This document shows positions 26,932 through 35,993 of a DNA stretch of 64,000 nucleotides, in pieces. The stretch's first letter is position 1. Each line of letters opens with the position of its first letter. The stretch is from the NCBI GenBank assembly GCA_963757465.1, contig CAVWRY010000002.1, forward strand, positions 72,905 to 136,904, read 5' to 3'. The position numbers were made by a program, and so were the translations under genes. The notes under the pieces are model-generated. The model had not been told where the DNA came from. It ran no database searches and saw only the letters and a list, made by a program, of their open reading frames with translations. Origin of the DNA: an uncultured Chloroflexia bacterium. Lineage in GTDB: Bacteria > Chloroflexota > Anaerolineae > Anaerolineales > Villigracilaceae.

Positions 26932-27662
26932 CAAAATCTGTAATTTCCATCCACGCCGGGACGGGGTTCGCCTCTGTCCCGGCTTTTATTTTTCCATCGG
27001 GAGGAAAGGATGCAAACTGATTATCGATCCAGATAACCAAACCAAGCGGCCCCTTGGGGCAGGCCGCCGTTTCGAAGACGGCCTGCCCATCGACAAAATA
27101 TTCCACGCGGTCTTTGCTCCACCTGAGTTCATACGCATGCCATTGAGTCAAATCTAGCTCCAGACGAGTCGCGTCCTCGCGGATAATTTTGCCCGCCATT
27201 GCGCGTATCCACTTAGCAGAAGTTTTCCAGCTGAGCAGGGGTAGAAGTCAGCAAGCCGGGGGCAAGCAGCAACGATGGGATTTTGGGCGATGCGAAAGTT
27301 TGGGCCAAAAATCCCTGGGCGGGGATGCCGTTTTGTAAGGAAAGATGGTTTGCCTTCGATGCGTGAAAAAACCATCCGGCGTTGGGCAAAACCGGCAGCC
27401 GCCGCTTGGTCCCTTGCAGGCCGAGCGACAGCGTAAACGGATCGTTCCAAAAGCCAAAGCCCCACGTTCCGGGTAAGTTTGCGTCCGAGACGCGGCAACG
27501 CAGGCGCAGGGTGGATGGGGTGCTTAGCGGCAAACTTTTTCGGTAGTTATCCAGTTGCGCCAGCCGATATTTTCCCGCTGGCCCCGCTGGGATTTCGAGC
27601 CGCCATCCATTTTCAAGGGCGGTGATACTTGCATCTGGCGTATTACGCGGGGTCAGCTGCAT
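26894..27662 (-). pseudogene. concanavalin A-like lectin/glucanase-fold protein, split by a frameshift (pieces 27213-27662 and 26894-27199)
   Basis: 'GTWGFGFWNDPF' in the upstream piece and 'YELRWSKDRVEYFVDGQAVFE...LVIWIDN' in the downstream piece. The frames rejoin at a C4/G4 run near 27237-27240. Confidence 0.5.
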
Positions 27663-28569
27663 GTTTATCGGGACGATTAACAAAATAAATGCCAAAGAGA
27701 ATCATCACTGCGCCAAGCACAATGACCCAGGTGATGCTTTCGCCAAGCACAAGGGCCGCAATCACCGTCGTGATAAGCGGTTCCACGTTGATAAATACCG
27801 AAAGTTGCCCGGCGGGCAGGGCTTGTAGCGCATCATACCAGGTGATGTATGCCACACCCGAACCAAGCAAACCCAAAATGAGAATCCCGCCCCAGCCTTG
27901 CGCACTAAGATGCGGAATCTCGCTCAGGCCGCTGCCAAAACCAAATAGCCAGATGTTGGCAAACAGCCAGCCAAATACCATGACATAGAACATCATCAGC
28001 GTGGCCGGGTAGATCTTAAGGCCGCGCCGTGAAAGGATCGAAAAAACTGCCCAGTTAACCGAGCTGATCAGGATCAAAAATTCGCCGAGCGTGCCAAAAA
28101 CGCCCTTGAAGAGCGCTGGCATATCGCCTTTGCTGACAATTACCAGCACACCGATAGTTGCCAGCACAATACCGCCAATCCGAACAGCCCCAAGTTTTTC
28201 TTTGAGCACCAGCCAGCCCAGCAGCGCCGTAAACATTGGGATGGTGGCAACGATCCAGGCGGTGTTGGTGGCGGCGGCGGTTTGCAAACCGGTGGCTTGC
28301 AGCCACTGGTGCAGGGTAACGCCCAAAAAACCGAGTAGCGCCAGATAAGGCAACTCGCGCCAAGCTGGGATGGTGAACTGTTTGCGGGCAACAACGGTCA
28401 CGCCAAGAACAACAATCCCAATCGCAAATCGCATCCAGACAATCAGCGCGGGGGATGCTTCTTGCAATGTTTTCTTGGTGGCCACAAAGGTTGCGCCCCA
28501 GATGACGACGGTCAGCAGGGCTTCCATATAGATAATCAGTTTACGGTTCATGTGATTTGTCCTTATCAT
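27643..28569 (-). CDS. DMT-superfamily (EamA) transporter
   Basis: Ten hydrophobic helices in two EamA repeats: 'VIWGATFVATK', 'ALQALPAGQLSVFINVEPLITTVIAALVLGE'. Confidence 0.88.
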   Translation of the reverse strand: MIRTNHMNRKLIIYMEALLTVVIWGATFVATKKTLQEASPALIVWMRFAIGIVVLGVTVVARKQFTIPAWRELPYLALLGFLGVTLHQWLQATGLQTAAATNTAWIVATIPMFTALLGWLVLKEKLGAVRIGGIVLATIGVLVIVSKGDMPALFKGVFGTLGEFLILISSVNWAVFSILSRRGLKIYPATLMMFYVMVFGWLFANIWLFGFGSGLSEIPHLSAQGWGGILILGLLGSGVAYITWYDALQALPAGQLSVFINVEPLITTVIAALVLGESITWVIVLGAVMILFGIYFVNRPDKHAADPA

Positions 28570-28583
28570 GAAATTATAGCCGC

Positions 28584-28643
28584 CCTTTCATCCTTCCTAC
28601 TTTACTGAAACCTTCAAACCTGACAACTTTCAACCTGCAACTG
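28584..28643. repeat. GTTGAAAG-octamer element (copy 1, single arm)
   Basis: gaaaccttcaaacctgacaactttcaacctgcaac, which is the reverse complement of GTTGCAG GTTGAAA GTTGTCAG GTTTGAAG. Confidence 0.45.
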
Positions 28644-28700
28644 CTGAGAGAGGGTAAAGTGCCGTGTTCTCGCGGTATAATTAATACGGAGATTAAATAC

Positions 28701-29348
28701 ATGGAAATTACCTGGTACGGACATTCCTGCTTTCGTCTCACCGAGCGCTCAATGGCGACGGTGGTGACCGATCCTTTTGATAGCGATGTAATTGGGTATC
28801 AACCGCTTAAGCTGAAGGCTGATATTGTGACTACCAGCCACGACGCGCCTGGACACAGCTATACCAGCGTTGTGAAAGGTACCAGCCACGAGATTAGAGG
28901 CGCGGGCGAATACGAAATTGGCGGCGTGTTTATTACGGGTGTGCAAACAGACGCCCATGGTAAAAAGACCACAGAAGGGCCGCGGAATACGCTGTATGTT
29001 TTCGATTACGATGGCCTGACGATTGCCCATCTGGGCGATTTGCGCAATCTGCCGACCCAGGCCGAAGTGGAAGCGCTGGGCTCGGTCAACGTGGCGCTGG
29101 TGCCGGTTGGTGGTGGCGGCGGATTGAATGCCGCCAAGGCCGCCGAAGTCATCAGCATGTTGGAACCGAACATCGTCATCCCAATGCATTATGCCCACCC
29201 GGCATCAACCGTTGGGATTGATCCGCTTGAAAAGTTTTTGAAGGAAATGGGGCTGACCACACATGAGACATTGGCATCCATCAAGGTCACCCGCTCATCC
29301 CTGCCAGATGAGACCAAGGTGATCGTGCTGGACCTGGCGGGCAGTTAG
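28701..29348 (+). CDS. MBL-fold metal-dependent hydrolase (UPF0173-like)
   Basis: 'MEITWYGHSCFRL...VVTDPF...TTSHDAPGH...IAHLGDL'. Confidence 0.85.
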   Translation: MEITWYGHSCFRLTERSMATVVTDPFDSDVIGYQPLKLKADIVTTSHDAPGHSYTSVVKGTSHEIRGAGEYEIGGVFITGVQTDAHGKKTTEGPRNTLYVFDYDGLTIAHLGDLRNLPTQAEVEALGSVNVALVPVGGGGGLNAAKAAEVISMLEPNIVIPMHYAHPASTVGIDPLEKFLKEMGLTTHETLASIKVTRSSLPDETKVIVLDLAGS

Positions 29349-29375
29349 CATCGTGAAACTGTCCATGGAGGTCCT

Positions 29376-29678
29376 ATGACCGTCAAACTTTTGATGAGCT
29401 GGGATATCGCGCCTGAACACGAACAGGAATACTTTGAGTTCGTCATCGGTGAGTGGATTCCGGGGATTCAGCGCATGGGGTTGGAGCCAACCGAAGCCTG
29501 GGCCACCGTCTATGGCGAATATCCGCAGATTCAGGTTGCCTTGCTGGCCCCCAACCTGTCTGAAGCGCAGCGTGTGCTCAACTCGATGGATTGGACACAT
29601 TTGCGCGACCAGTTGTTTACATTTGTCAAAAATTATTCTTATAAAGTTGTGCCTGCCAAAGGCGGGTTTCAGTTCTAA
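29376..29678 (+). CDS. small hypothetical protein (100 aa)
   Basis: GGAGG upstream of the ATG. Compact alpha/beta-looking sequence. No family recognised. Confidence 0.6.
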   Translation: MTVKLLMSWDIAPEHEQEYFEFVIGEWIPGIQRMGLEPTEAWATVYGEYPQIQVALLAPNLSEAQRVLNSMDWTHLRDQLFTFVKNYSYKVVPAKGGFQF

Positions 29679-29682
29679 GATC

Positions 29683-29769
29683 GGTTGCAAGTTATAAAGT
29701 TGAAAGGTCGGAAGGTTGAAGATAGTTTTGCTTCAACCTTCTCATTTTTAAACCTTTCAACCTTCCAAC
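29683..29769. repeat. GTTGAAAG-octamer palindromic element (copy 2), probable terminator hairpin
   Basis: gttgcaagttataaagttgaaaggtcggaaggttgaag-atagttttg-cttcaaccttctcatttttaaacctttcaaccttccaac. Confidence 0.6.
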
Positions 29770-29781
29770 GAGAAAGGCAAT

Positions 29782-30816
29782 ATGGAATTTTCAACTCGCA
29801 TCCTCGCCTGGTATGAAAAACACGCCCGCACATTGCCCTGGCGCGGTTCTGAAAATGCGTATGCCATCTGGGTTTCCGAGATTATGCTGCAACAGACGCG
29901 GGTTGAGACGGTGATTCCGTACTTTGAGCGCTGGCTGAAACTGTTTCCGTCAGTTGCGGCGCTGGCAGATGCCCCTGAGCAACAGGTGCTTTCGGCGTGG
30001 GAGGGGCTTGGCTATTACAGCCGCGCCCGCAATTTGCACAAAGCTGCCAAAATGGTTGTCAGCGAGTTTGGCGGCGAGATTCCCTGTGAAGTTGCCCAGC
30101 TTCGACGGTTGCCCGGTATTGGGCGTTATACCGCTGCCGCGATTGCATCGATTGCTTTCAATCAGGACGTTGCCACGCTGGATGGCAACCTGCGACGCGT
30201 CTTTTCACGTGTCTTCAATGTGGCTGTGCCTGCCGATAGTCCTGTGGGTGAAGAGCAGCTTTGGGTGCTGGCGCAGGAGCATCTGCCGCCCGGTCGCGCC
30301 GGGGATTACAGCCAGGCGCTGATGGATTTGGGCGCAAGCATTTGCCTGCCCAAAAATCCGTTGTGTTTGTTATGTCCGTTGGGAGAGCTATGTCAGGCGC
30401 GCGCGCTGGGTGTGCAGGAGCAGCGTCCTGTGCTCAAGCCGAAGGTCGCAGTTCCACATAGAACGAAAGGGGCGGCAGTCATTTTACGGGATGGGGATGT
30501 CCTGCTTTGTCAGCGTCCGGCCACGGGGCTGCTCGGCGGTTTATGGGAATTCCCTTCCGCCGAAGTGGATGCGGACTCACCTGAAGCGTTGATCGCCGCC
30601 ATTGAAACGGAATACAGGCTGCGGGTCAGTCCATTGGCGCGCCTTGGCGAATTCCGTCACGGTTACACTCACTTTACCCTGACCGAATCCGCCTGGAGCT
30701 GTGAGTTGGTCGGCGGGGGTGGGGAAACCCCGCCCCTGCAATGGATTGCGCTTGAACAATTGGCGCAGTACCCGATGGGCAAAGTAGACCGGGCGATTGC
30801 GAAGCTGCTTGGCTGA
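29782..30816 (+). CDS. mutY: A/G-specific adenine DNA glycosylase
   Basis: 'WVSEIMLQQTRV', HhH 'LPGIGRYTAAAI', Fe-S loop 'CLPKNPLCLLCPLGELC', C-terminal NUDIX-like domain. Confidence 0.92.
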   Translation: MEFSTRILAWYEKHARTLPWRGSENAYAIWVSEIMLQQTRVETVIPYFERWLKLFPSVAALADAPEQQVLSAWEGLGYYSRARNLHKAAKMVVSEFGGEIPCEVAQLRRLPGIGRYTAAAIASIAFNQDVATLDGNLRRVFSRVFNVAVPADSPVGEEQLWVLAQEHLPPGRAGDYSQALMDLGASICLPKNPLCLLCPLGELCQARALGVQEQRPVLKPKVAVPHRTKGAAVILRDGDVLLCQRPATGLLGGLWEFPSAEVDADSPEALIAAIETEYRLRVSPLARLGEFRHGYTHFTLTESAWSCELVGGGGETPPLQWIALEQLAQYPMGKVDRAIAKLLG

Positions 30817-30819
30817 TTA

Positions 30820-31478
30820 TTATTGCTTCTGTACAAATTTACGCCCACGCCTACGTTCGGTGACAATAAAGGCATGGTTACGGCAAACTTTTGCCAGCCG
30901 TAGGCGTAGTCGATGAAATTCGGCGTTAAACATATCTGGAGTTACGCCATTGTAGGCATGTTCATCCGGCCAACTGGCAGCCGCGATTTCGTCTTTGGTC
31001 ACGTATGGTTCGGGAGTTTGATCTTTTTAATCAGTAAAGCCAAAATGGTAAACTGACGTTTGCTTAATTTGGGCGTCAGGCGCTGATTGTCAACCCATAC
31101 TTCGCGCCGTTCGAGATCAAGCCACAGGCCGTTGATGACCTGATGACTGCTTTCGCTGGCGGTTTGGTTGGGGTCGTCAAAATGAAAGATCAGCGTCGCC
31201 TGCGCCGCCAGTTGAATGCGGTCTCCATCTTTAAGGATTTCGGTTTCAATTTTGAGATTATTCAGGCGGGTGCCATTCTTGCTTTTCAGGTCTGTCAGCA
31301 CCCAGCGCTCATTTTGTAAGGCGATTTGCGCATGGCGGCGCGAGATTCTTTCGTGCAGAATAGCATAGTCGCTCAAATCATCGCGCCCCAGCACAAGTTT
31401 GCTGCCAGTAATCTGGATTTCAGCCCCCGCACCAGGGCCTGTTTCAATCGTTAAATAAGGGTTACGATTCATCTGCAT
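30820..31478 (-). pseudogene. FHA-domain plus OmpR-type winged-helix regulator, split by a frameshift (pieces 30999-31478 and 30820-31002)
   Basis: FHA 'LVLGRD...ISRRHAQI...LTDLKSKNGTRLN'. The wHTH starts 'LTPKLSKRQFTILALL' and continues in the next frame 'TKDEIAAASWP...FHRLRLRLAK...IVTERRRG'. The shift is at an A5 run near 31012. Confidence 0.75.
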
Positions 31479-31518
31479 GATCCTTTTAATGATGGTTGAT
31501 TCAGAAAAATTATATATT

Positions 31519-32526
31519 ACGTCTGATGTGAAATCAAAAAGTGGTTTGAAAAGTTTGAATATCGATATTGAAATCTGAGAAAAGAATACGGCGTAATAAA
31601 TGGCTAGTCATTTTGAGAATTACACGAGTTGATAAACCGAGCACAGTTTTGCAAAGCAAACGTTCAATATTACGCCCAGTATTTTGGATTTCATGGAAAA
31701 CACCTTCGATACGTTCCCTAGTTTTGGAAAGCCAGCGGTCAAGTTCTTTCGAATTTTGAAGGTGCTGATTAGAACGTTTTGGTGTCCATATCAAATTATT
31801 GGTTTGCTCAAAAATATTGGTCTGCCACTCAAAACCGATAAAACCCTTATCAGCAAAAATATCACAATATGTCAGATGATCAATGACCGCTTCTGCGGCA
31901 AAACGTTCATCTAAATTAGCTGGAACCAGATCATAAATAACAGGAATTCCTTGTAAAGTGGAAATTGTGACCAATTTGTAGCCGAAGTAATCCATTTTGC
32001 GGCTGGCACAATGTCCATAATCGGCACTCCCAGCAAAATCGCTTCTGTTTTTGCGTCTTTTGTAGCCAAGAACTGGCACAGGTTTGGTATCTAGCAGATA
32101 TTTGTTATGCAAATGACAGTGCTTTTGAACAATCCAGTAGCGTCTCAATTGTTCCACCAGCAGACGTAATGCCCGTGCTCGACGATTGAACTGGCTTTGA
32201 TCCACTAATCTTGGAAATAGTGCCAGATAGTTGGCCCGAATAAACTCGACATACTGCGTTTCGCTCGGATAGGGAATGTAATCTTGCGCCAGCATCAATG
32301 TCATCAACTCGCTATCTTTGAATTCAGGCTTCTTACCAGCTTTTCCTTTCAGTAGTTTCACGCCTTCTATTTCGTACCAATCATCTACCAGCACATAGAT
32401 GATCGTTAAAACATCAGAAATGGTTATACTTGTCATGGGAATGTCCTTTCAAGATTTCGTTTGGCGACTTTATCTTGAAGGCATTCCCAATTCCTGTCAA
32501 TATTTCTTCGATTTCACATCAGACGT
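31519..32526 (-). mobile_element. IS982-family-like insertion sequence (~1.0 kb)
   Basis: Perfect 17-bp terminal inverted repeats ACGTCTGATGTGAAATC (31519-31535) and GATTTCACATCAGACGT (32510-32526). Single DDE transposase ORF. Visibly AT-rich. No clear target-site duplication seen. Confidence 0.8.
31534..32436 (-). CDS. IS982-family DDE transposase
   Basis: 'VLVDDWY...KPEFKDSELMTLMLAQ', 'LLDTKPVPV', 'DYFGYKLV', 'IFADKGFIG'. 300 aa. Confidence 0.8.
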   Translation of the reverse strand: MTSITISDVLTIIYVLVDDWYEIEGVKLLKGKAGKKPEFKDSELMTLMLAQDYIPYPSETQYVEFIRANYLALFPRLVDQSQFNRRARALRLLVEQLRRYWIVQKHCHLHNKYLLDTKPVPVLGYKRRKNRSDFAGSADYGHCASRKMDYFGYKLVTISTLQGIPVIYDLVPANLDERFAAEAVIDHLTYCDIFADKGFIGFEWQTNIFEQTNNLIWTPKRSNQHLQNSKELDRWLSKTRERIEGVFHEIQNTGRNIERLLCKTVLGLSTRVILKMTSHLLRRILFSDFNIDIQTFQTTF

Positions 32527-32575
32527 TTGTCATAATTATGCTTATCTAAACATTCGATCTAGGTTGGGAATTGAT

Positions 32576-34840
32576 ATGGACTCGACTGCTTCTGAAAACG
32601 AAATGGATGTTAATAATCCGGGTTGGGTTGTGGATCCGCCCGGTTACCACCTTGTTGATCGGCTGGGCAAAGGTGGTATGGGGGTGGTTTATCGCGCTCA
32701 GGATTTAACGACTGGTCAGTTTGTCGCCATAAAATTTGCGACGGGAAATGCCGGGCTCAGGTTTCAGCGCGAGTATAGGCAGCTTGCCAGCTTGCAACAT
32801 CCCTATATCATCAAGGTTTATCGTTTTGATGAGCAAATGCAGTCGCCTTATATGGTGATGGAATATTTATCGGGGCAAACCCTTACTGCATATCTCCAGG
32901 GCTTTCCGGCAAAGCGTTTGCCGCTGCACATTGGTATTCCGCTTTTGTTGCAATTGACCGAGGCGTTGGTCTACCTGCACGAGCTGACTATTGTCCACCG
33001 TGATTTGAAGCCGCAAAACATTATGGTTTTGGGGGGGCGTGACCAACCCTATCTCAAGCTGATGGATTTTGGGCTGGCGCGCCCGGCCCAAGTTTCGCGC
33101 CCACTCACTGAAGACGGGAGCTTTCTCGGCACGGCGGACTATGCAGCGCCAGAGCAGTTTTTGGATGCTGCCAATGTTACAGTCCAAGCGGATTTGTATG
33201 CGCTGGGCGCCATCATGTATGAAATGTTTACAGGGCAGCGCCCGTTTGATGGAGCTGATCGCCAGACTTTGAAAGACCAGCACCTGAAGCTTTTCCCATT
33301 TCATCCAGCGCAGATTGCGCCCGAAATTCCTGCCAAGCTGGATGAGCTGATTCTGTCATTGTTGGCGAAACTCCCTGAAGAAAGGCCTTCTGGTGCGGGC
33401 GCAGTTCAATTTCTGCTGAACAGCATCCCGTTTGCGTCAGTGATGCCGCAACCTGTTTTGCAAACGATCAAGGGCAGCATTATCCATCAGCGTTACTGTA
33501 TTGGCGGTCAGCTTGGTCAGGGCGGGTATGCAACAGTTTACCGGGCAGATGATCTGGTGTTGGGCCAGCCAGTGGCGATCAAGGTCAATGCCGATGTTTC
33601 GGCCATTGCGCTGGAGCAATTTCAGCGTGAAGCAAAGCTTGGGAATTTGCAGCAACATCCCAGCCTGCCGCGCGTGCGTGATTACTTTGTGGAGGGTGGC
33701 GCCCAGTTCATTGTGATGGATTTCATCCCGGGGCGAAATCTGGTGCAGATATTGCAGGGTGGCCCCATCCCTGAGGCCGATTTGTTGCCCTGGGTTGATC
33801 AAATTTGCGGGGCGTTGAGTTATCTTCATGGGCAGATTCCGCCAGTGATTCATTGTGATATTAAGCCAGAAAATATCATTATTAGCAATGAAAATAATCG
33901 CGCCTATCTTGTCGATTTTGGCATCGCCAAAGTGATTTTATCTACCCAAGTAGATGGAGTTTCGTTGGTAGGCACACCTGGTTACGCTGCGCCAGAGCAA
34001 TATCGTGGCGCCCAGGCTTTGGATGTTCGGGCTGATATTTATGCATTGGGTGCGACGCTTTACCATACACTGACAGGTCGGCTTCCAACACTACATATGG
34101 CACCACATGAGCTAAATCCAGCAGTCTCGCTACGAACCAGTCGTACAATTGCGGCGGCGTTGACGCAAGACTTTGCTCAGCGCCCGGTCAGCGTTCAGGA
34201 GTTTAACGACATGTTGCATGGGCGTTCCCGTCGGTTGACGCGGCCCCAGATGGCAATGAGTTGTGGGCTTGCAGGGGTGGTGCTTTTGATGATGTTTTTA
34301 GGGATATTCTTGTTAAGCTGGCTGGGTATTGCTGCTGCCGCCCCACTCTTGATGCCAACGTCTACATCAACATCAACTCCAACTTTTACGCCCCGGCCAC
34401 CGCCCGTCAGGCGTGCCAGAACCCTTGTGCCGAAAGCAACCCGATCGCCAGTTCGTTTGGTGGTGTCGCGTACTGCTACCTTGACAGTTGCGCCAACCAT
34501 CAAGCTTCTTCCCAACAGTACGAACACGCCGACAAGGCGGATGCCGACAATGACCTTGGCGCCATCTGATACTGTTGCCTTGCTTTTGGTCGAGCCATCT
34601 GAAACCGCAGTTTTTGTGCCGTCAGAAACGCCGGCTCTTACCCTTACACCATCCATCACGCTGACGAAAGCGCCGTCAAAAACCCGGACTCTTACACCGA
34701 CGATCACACCGTCAAAGAGACCAACGACGACGGCGACATTTACGTTGACCAAGACCATATCACCCATCCCAACTGTGACTCAATCACGCACACCATCGGT
34801 TACGGTGACGTTCACTTTTAACTGCAACGATTACTTTTAA
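32576..34840 (+). CDS. Ser/Thr protein kinase with two tandem kinase domains, TM helix and Thr/Pro-rich tail (probably truncated by an indel)
   Basis: Domain 1: 'GKGGMGVVYRA', 'VAIKF', 'HRDLKPQN', 'DFGLA', 'APEQ'. Domain 2: 'GQGGYATVYRA', 'VAIKV', 'HCDIKPEN', 'DFGIA', 'APEQ'. TM 'GLAGVVLLMMFLGIFLLSWLGIAAAA'. Confidence 0.88.
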   Translation: MDSTASENEMDVNNPGWVVDPPGYHLVDRLGKGGMGVVYRAQDLTTGQFVAIKFATGNAGLRFQREYRQLASLQHPYIIKVYRFDEQMQSPYMVMEYLSGQTLTAYLQGFPAKRLPLHIGIPLLLQLTEALVYLHELTIVHRDLKPQNIMVLGGRDQPYLKLMDFGLARPAQVSRPLTEDGSFLGTADYAAPEQFLDAANVTVQADLYALGAIMYEMFTGQRPFDGADRQTLKDQHLKLFPFHPAQIAPEIPAKLDELILSLLAKLPEERPSGAGAVQFLLNSIPFASVMPQPVLQTIKGSIIHQRYCIGGQLGQGGYATVYRADDLVLGQPVAIKVNADVSAIALEQFQREAKLGNLQQHPSLPRVRDYFVEGGAQFIVMDFIPGRNLVQILQGGPIPEADLLPWVDQICGALSYLHGQIPPVIHCDIKPENIIISNENNRAYLVDFGIAKVILSTQVDGVSLVGTPGYAAPEQYRGAQALDVRADIYALGATLYHTLTGRLPTLHMAPHELNPAVSLRTSRTIAAALTQDFAQRPVSVQEFNDMLHGRSRRLTRPQMAMSCGLAGVVLLMMFLGIFLLSWLGIAAAAPLLMPTSTSTSTPTFTPRPPPVRRARTLVPKATRSPVRLVVSRTATLTVAPTIKLLPNSTNTPTRRMPTMTLAPSDTVALLLVEPSETAVFVPSETPALTLTPSITLTKAPSKTRTLTPTITPSKRPTTTATFTLTKTISPIPTVTQSRTPSVTVTFTFNCNDYF

Positions 34841-34854
34841 CGGTTACCCCATCA

Positions 34855-35421
34855 ATGACACCAAGAGAAATAGCAGCGCTTACACCAACGGTGACACCAT
34901 CTTTTACTTTTGCAGCGTCAACACTAACATTATTTCCCACTCCGGGGCCAATGATTGTTAATGCAGTAATTTCCCCCGTTTATACAACTTGTGCTTCTAC
35001 CGCTTGGTATAAAATTGTAAATGCAGGGTATGACAGCACTGATCTTTATTTGACTCTAAACACAAATGTGGCCGCCAACTCTACAAACCATGCTACATGG
35101 ACTCCTAATTTGCCTCTTTCTGGGCGCTATAAAGTTGAAGCATTTGTTGCTTTTCATAACCAGATTACATTTTGCGGTCCCAAAACCACTATCGGGTATG
35201 ATACATCTAATGCACGGTACAAAGTTTATCAAAATGGCTCTTTGTTTCAGACAGTGTCAGTTGACCAGAAACCATTAAATAACCAATGGGCTACTATTGG
35301 GACATATCGTTTTATGGCTGGTGTAGATAGCTATGTGGTTCTCACTGATCTTAACGGTAAATCTTCATTAACTCGAACTGTCTCGTTCAACGTATTACGT
35401 TTTACATATGTAGGCCCTTAG
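34855..35421 (+). CDS. golvesin C-terminal-like (carbohydrate-binding-like) domain ORF, probably the detached C-terminus of the kinase
   Basis: No signal peptide. Begins inside a TP-rich linker. 'ATWTPNLPLSGRYKVEAFV...YKVYQNGSLFQTVSVDQKPLNNQWATIGTY'. One extra T in the T4 run before 34840 would fuse it in frame to the kinase. Confidence 0.6.
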   Translation: MTPREIAALTPTVTPSFTFAASTLTLFPTPGPMIVNAVISPVYTTCASTAWYKIVNAGYDSTDLYLTLNTNVAANSTNHATWTPNLPLSGRYKVEAFVAFHNQITFCGPKTTIGYDTSNARYKVYQNGSLFQTVSVDQKPLNNQWATIGTYRFMAGVDSYVVLTDLNGKSSLTRTVSFNVLRFTYVGP

Positions 35422-35993
35422 ATGTTTTATCCTTTGGCTGTTTACAAAAGCGCTTCTGAGAGTTTATTTCTCAGAAGCGCTTTTCTTCTTTCTATATATT
35501 TTTGTATTAGAGTTTAAGGGCCAACGTAGGTAAATCGTAGCACGTTAAAAGAAACGGTGCGCGTTAGGCTGGCTTCATTGTTGAGGTCAGATAAGACAAC
35601 ATAGTTGCCTATCCCACTAGAAAAACTGAATGTGCCTATTGTAGCCCATTGGTTATTCAATGGTTTCTGGTCAATTGACACTGTCTGAAATAAAGAGCCA
35701 TTTTGGTAAACTTTATATTGTGCATCAGATGTATCGTATCCAATTGTGGTTATAGGACCACAAAATGTAATCTGGTTATGAAAAGCAGTAAATTCTTCGA
35801 CTTTATAGCGCCCAGAAAGAGGCAAATTAGGAGTCCATGTAGCATGGTTTGTAGAGTTGGCTGCCACGCTTGTGTTGAGAGTCACATAAAGATCAGTGCT
35901 GTCATACCCTGCATTTGCAATTTTATACCAAGCGGTAGAAGCACAAGTTGTATAAGCGGGGGAAAGTGCTGGATTGACAATAATTGGTGCAGG
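34942..35993. repeat. large inverted repeat (~480-bp arms, ~90-bp spacer) formed by the convergent 3' ends of 34855-35421 and 35514-37424
   Basis: The arms encode C-terminal modules that look mostly identical by eye (PGPMIVNAVISPVYTTCASTAWYK... versus PAPIIVNPALSPAYTTCASTAWYK...). Long runs of identical nucleotides are visible. Confidence 0.85.
35446..35484. terminator. bidirectional rho-independent terminator in the spacer of the inverted repeat
   Basis: aaaagcgcttctgag-agtttattt-ctcagaagcgctttt. Confidence 0.85.
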
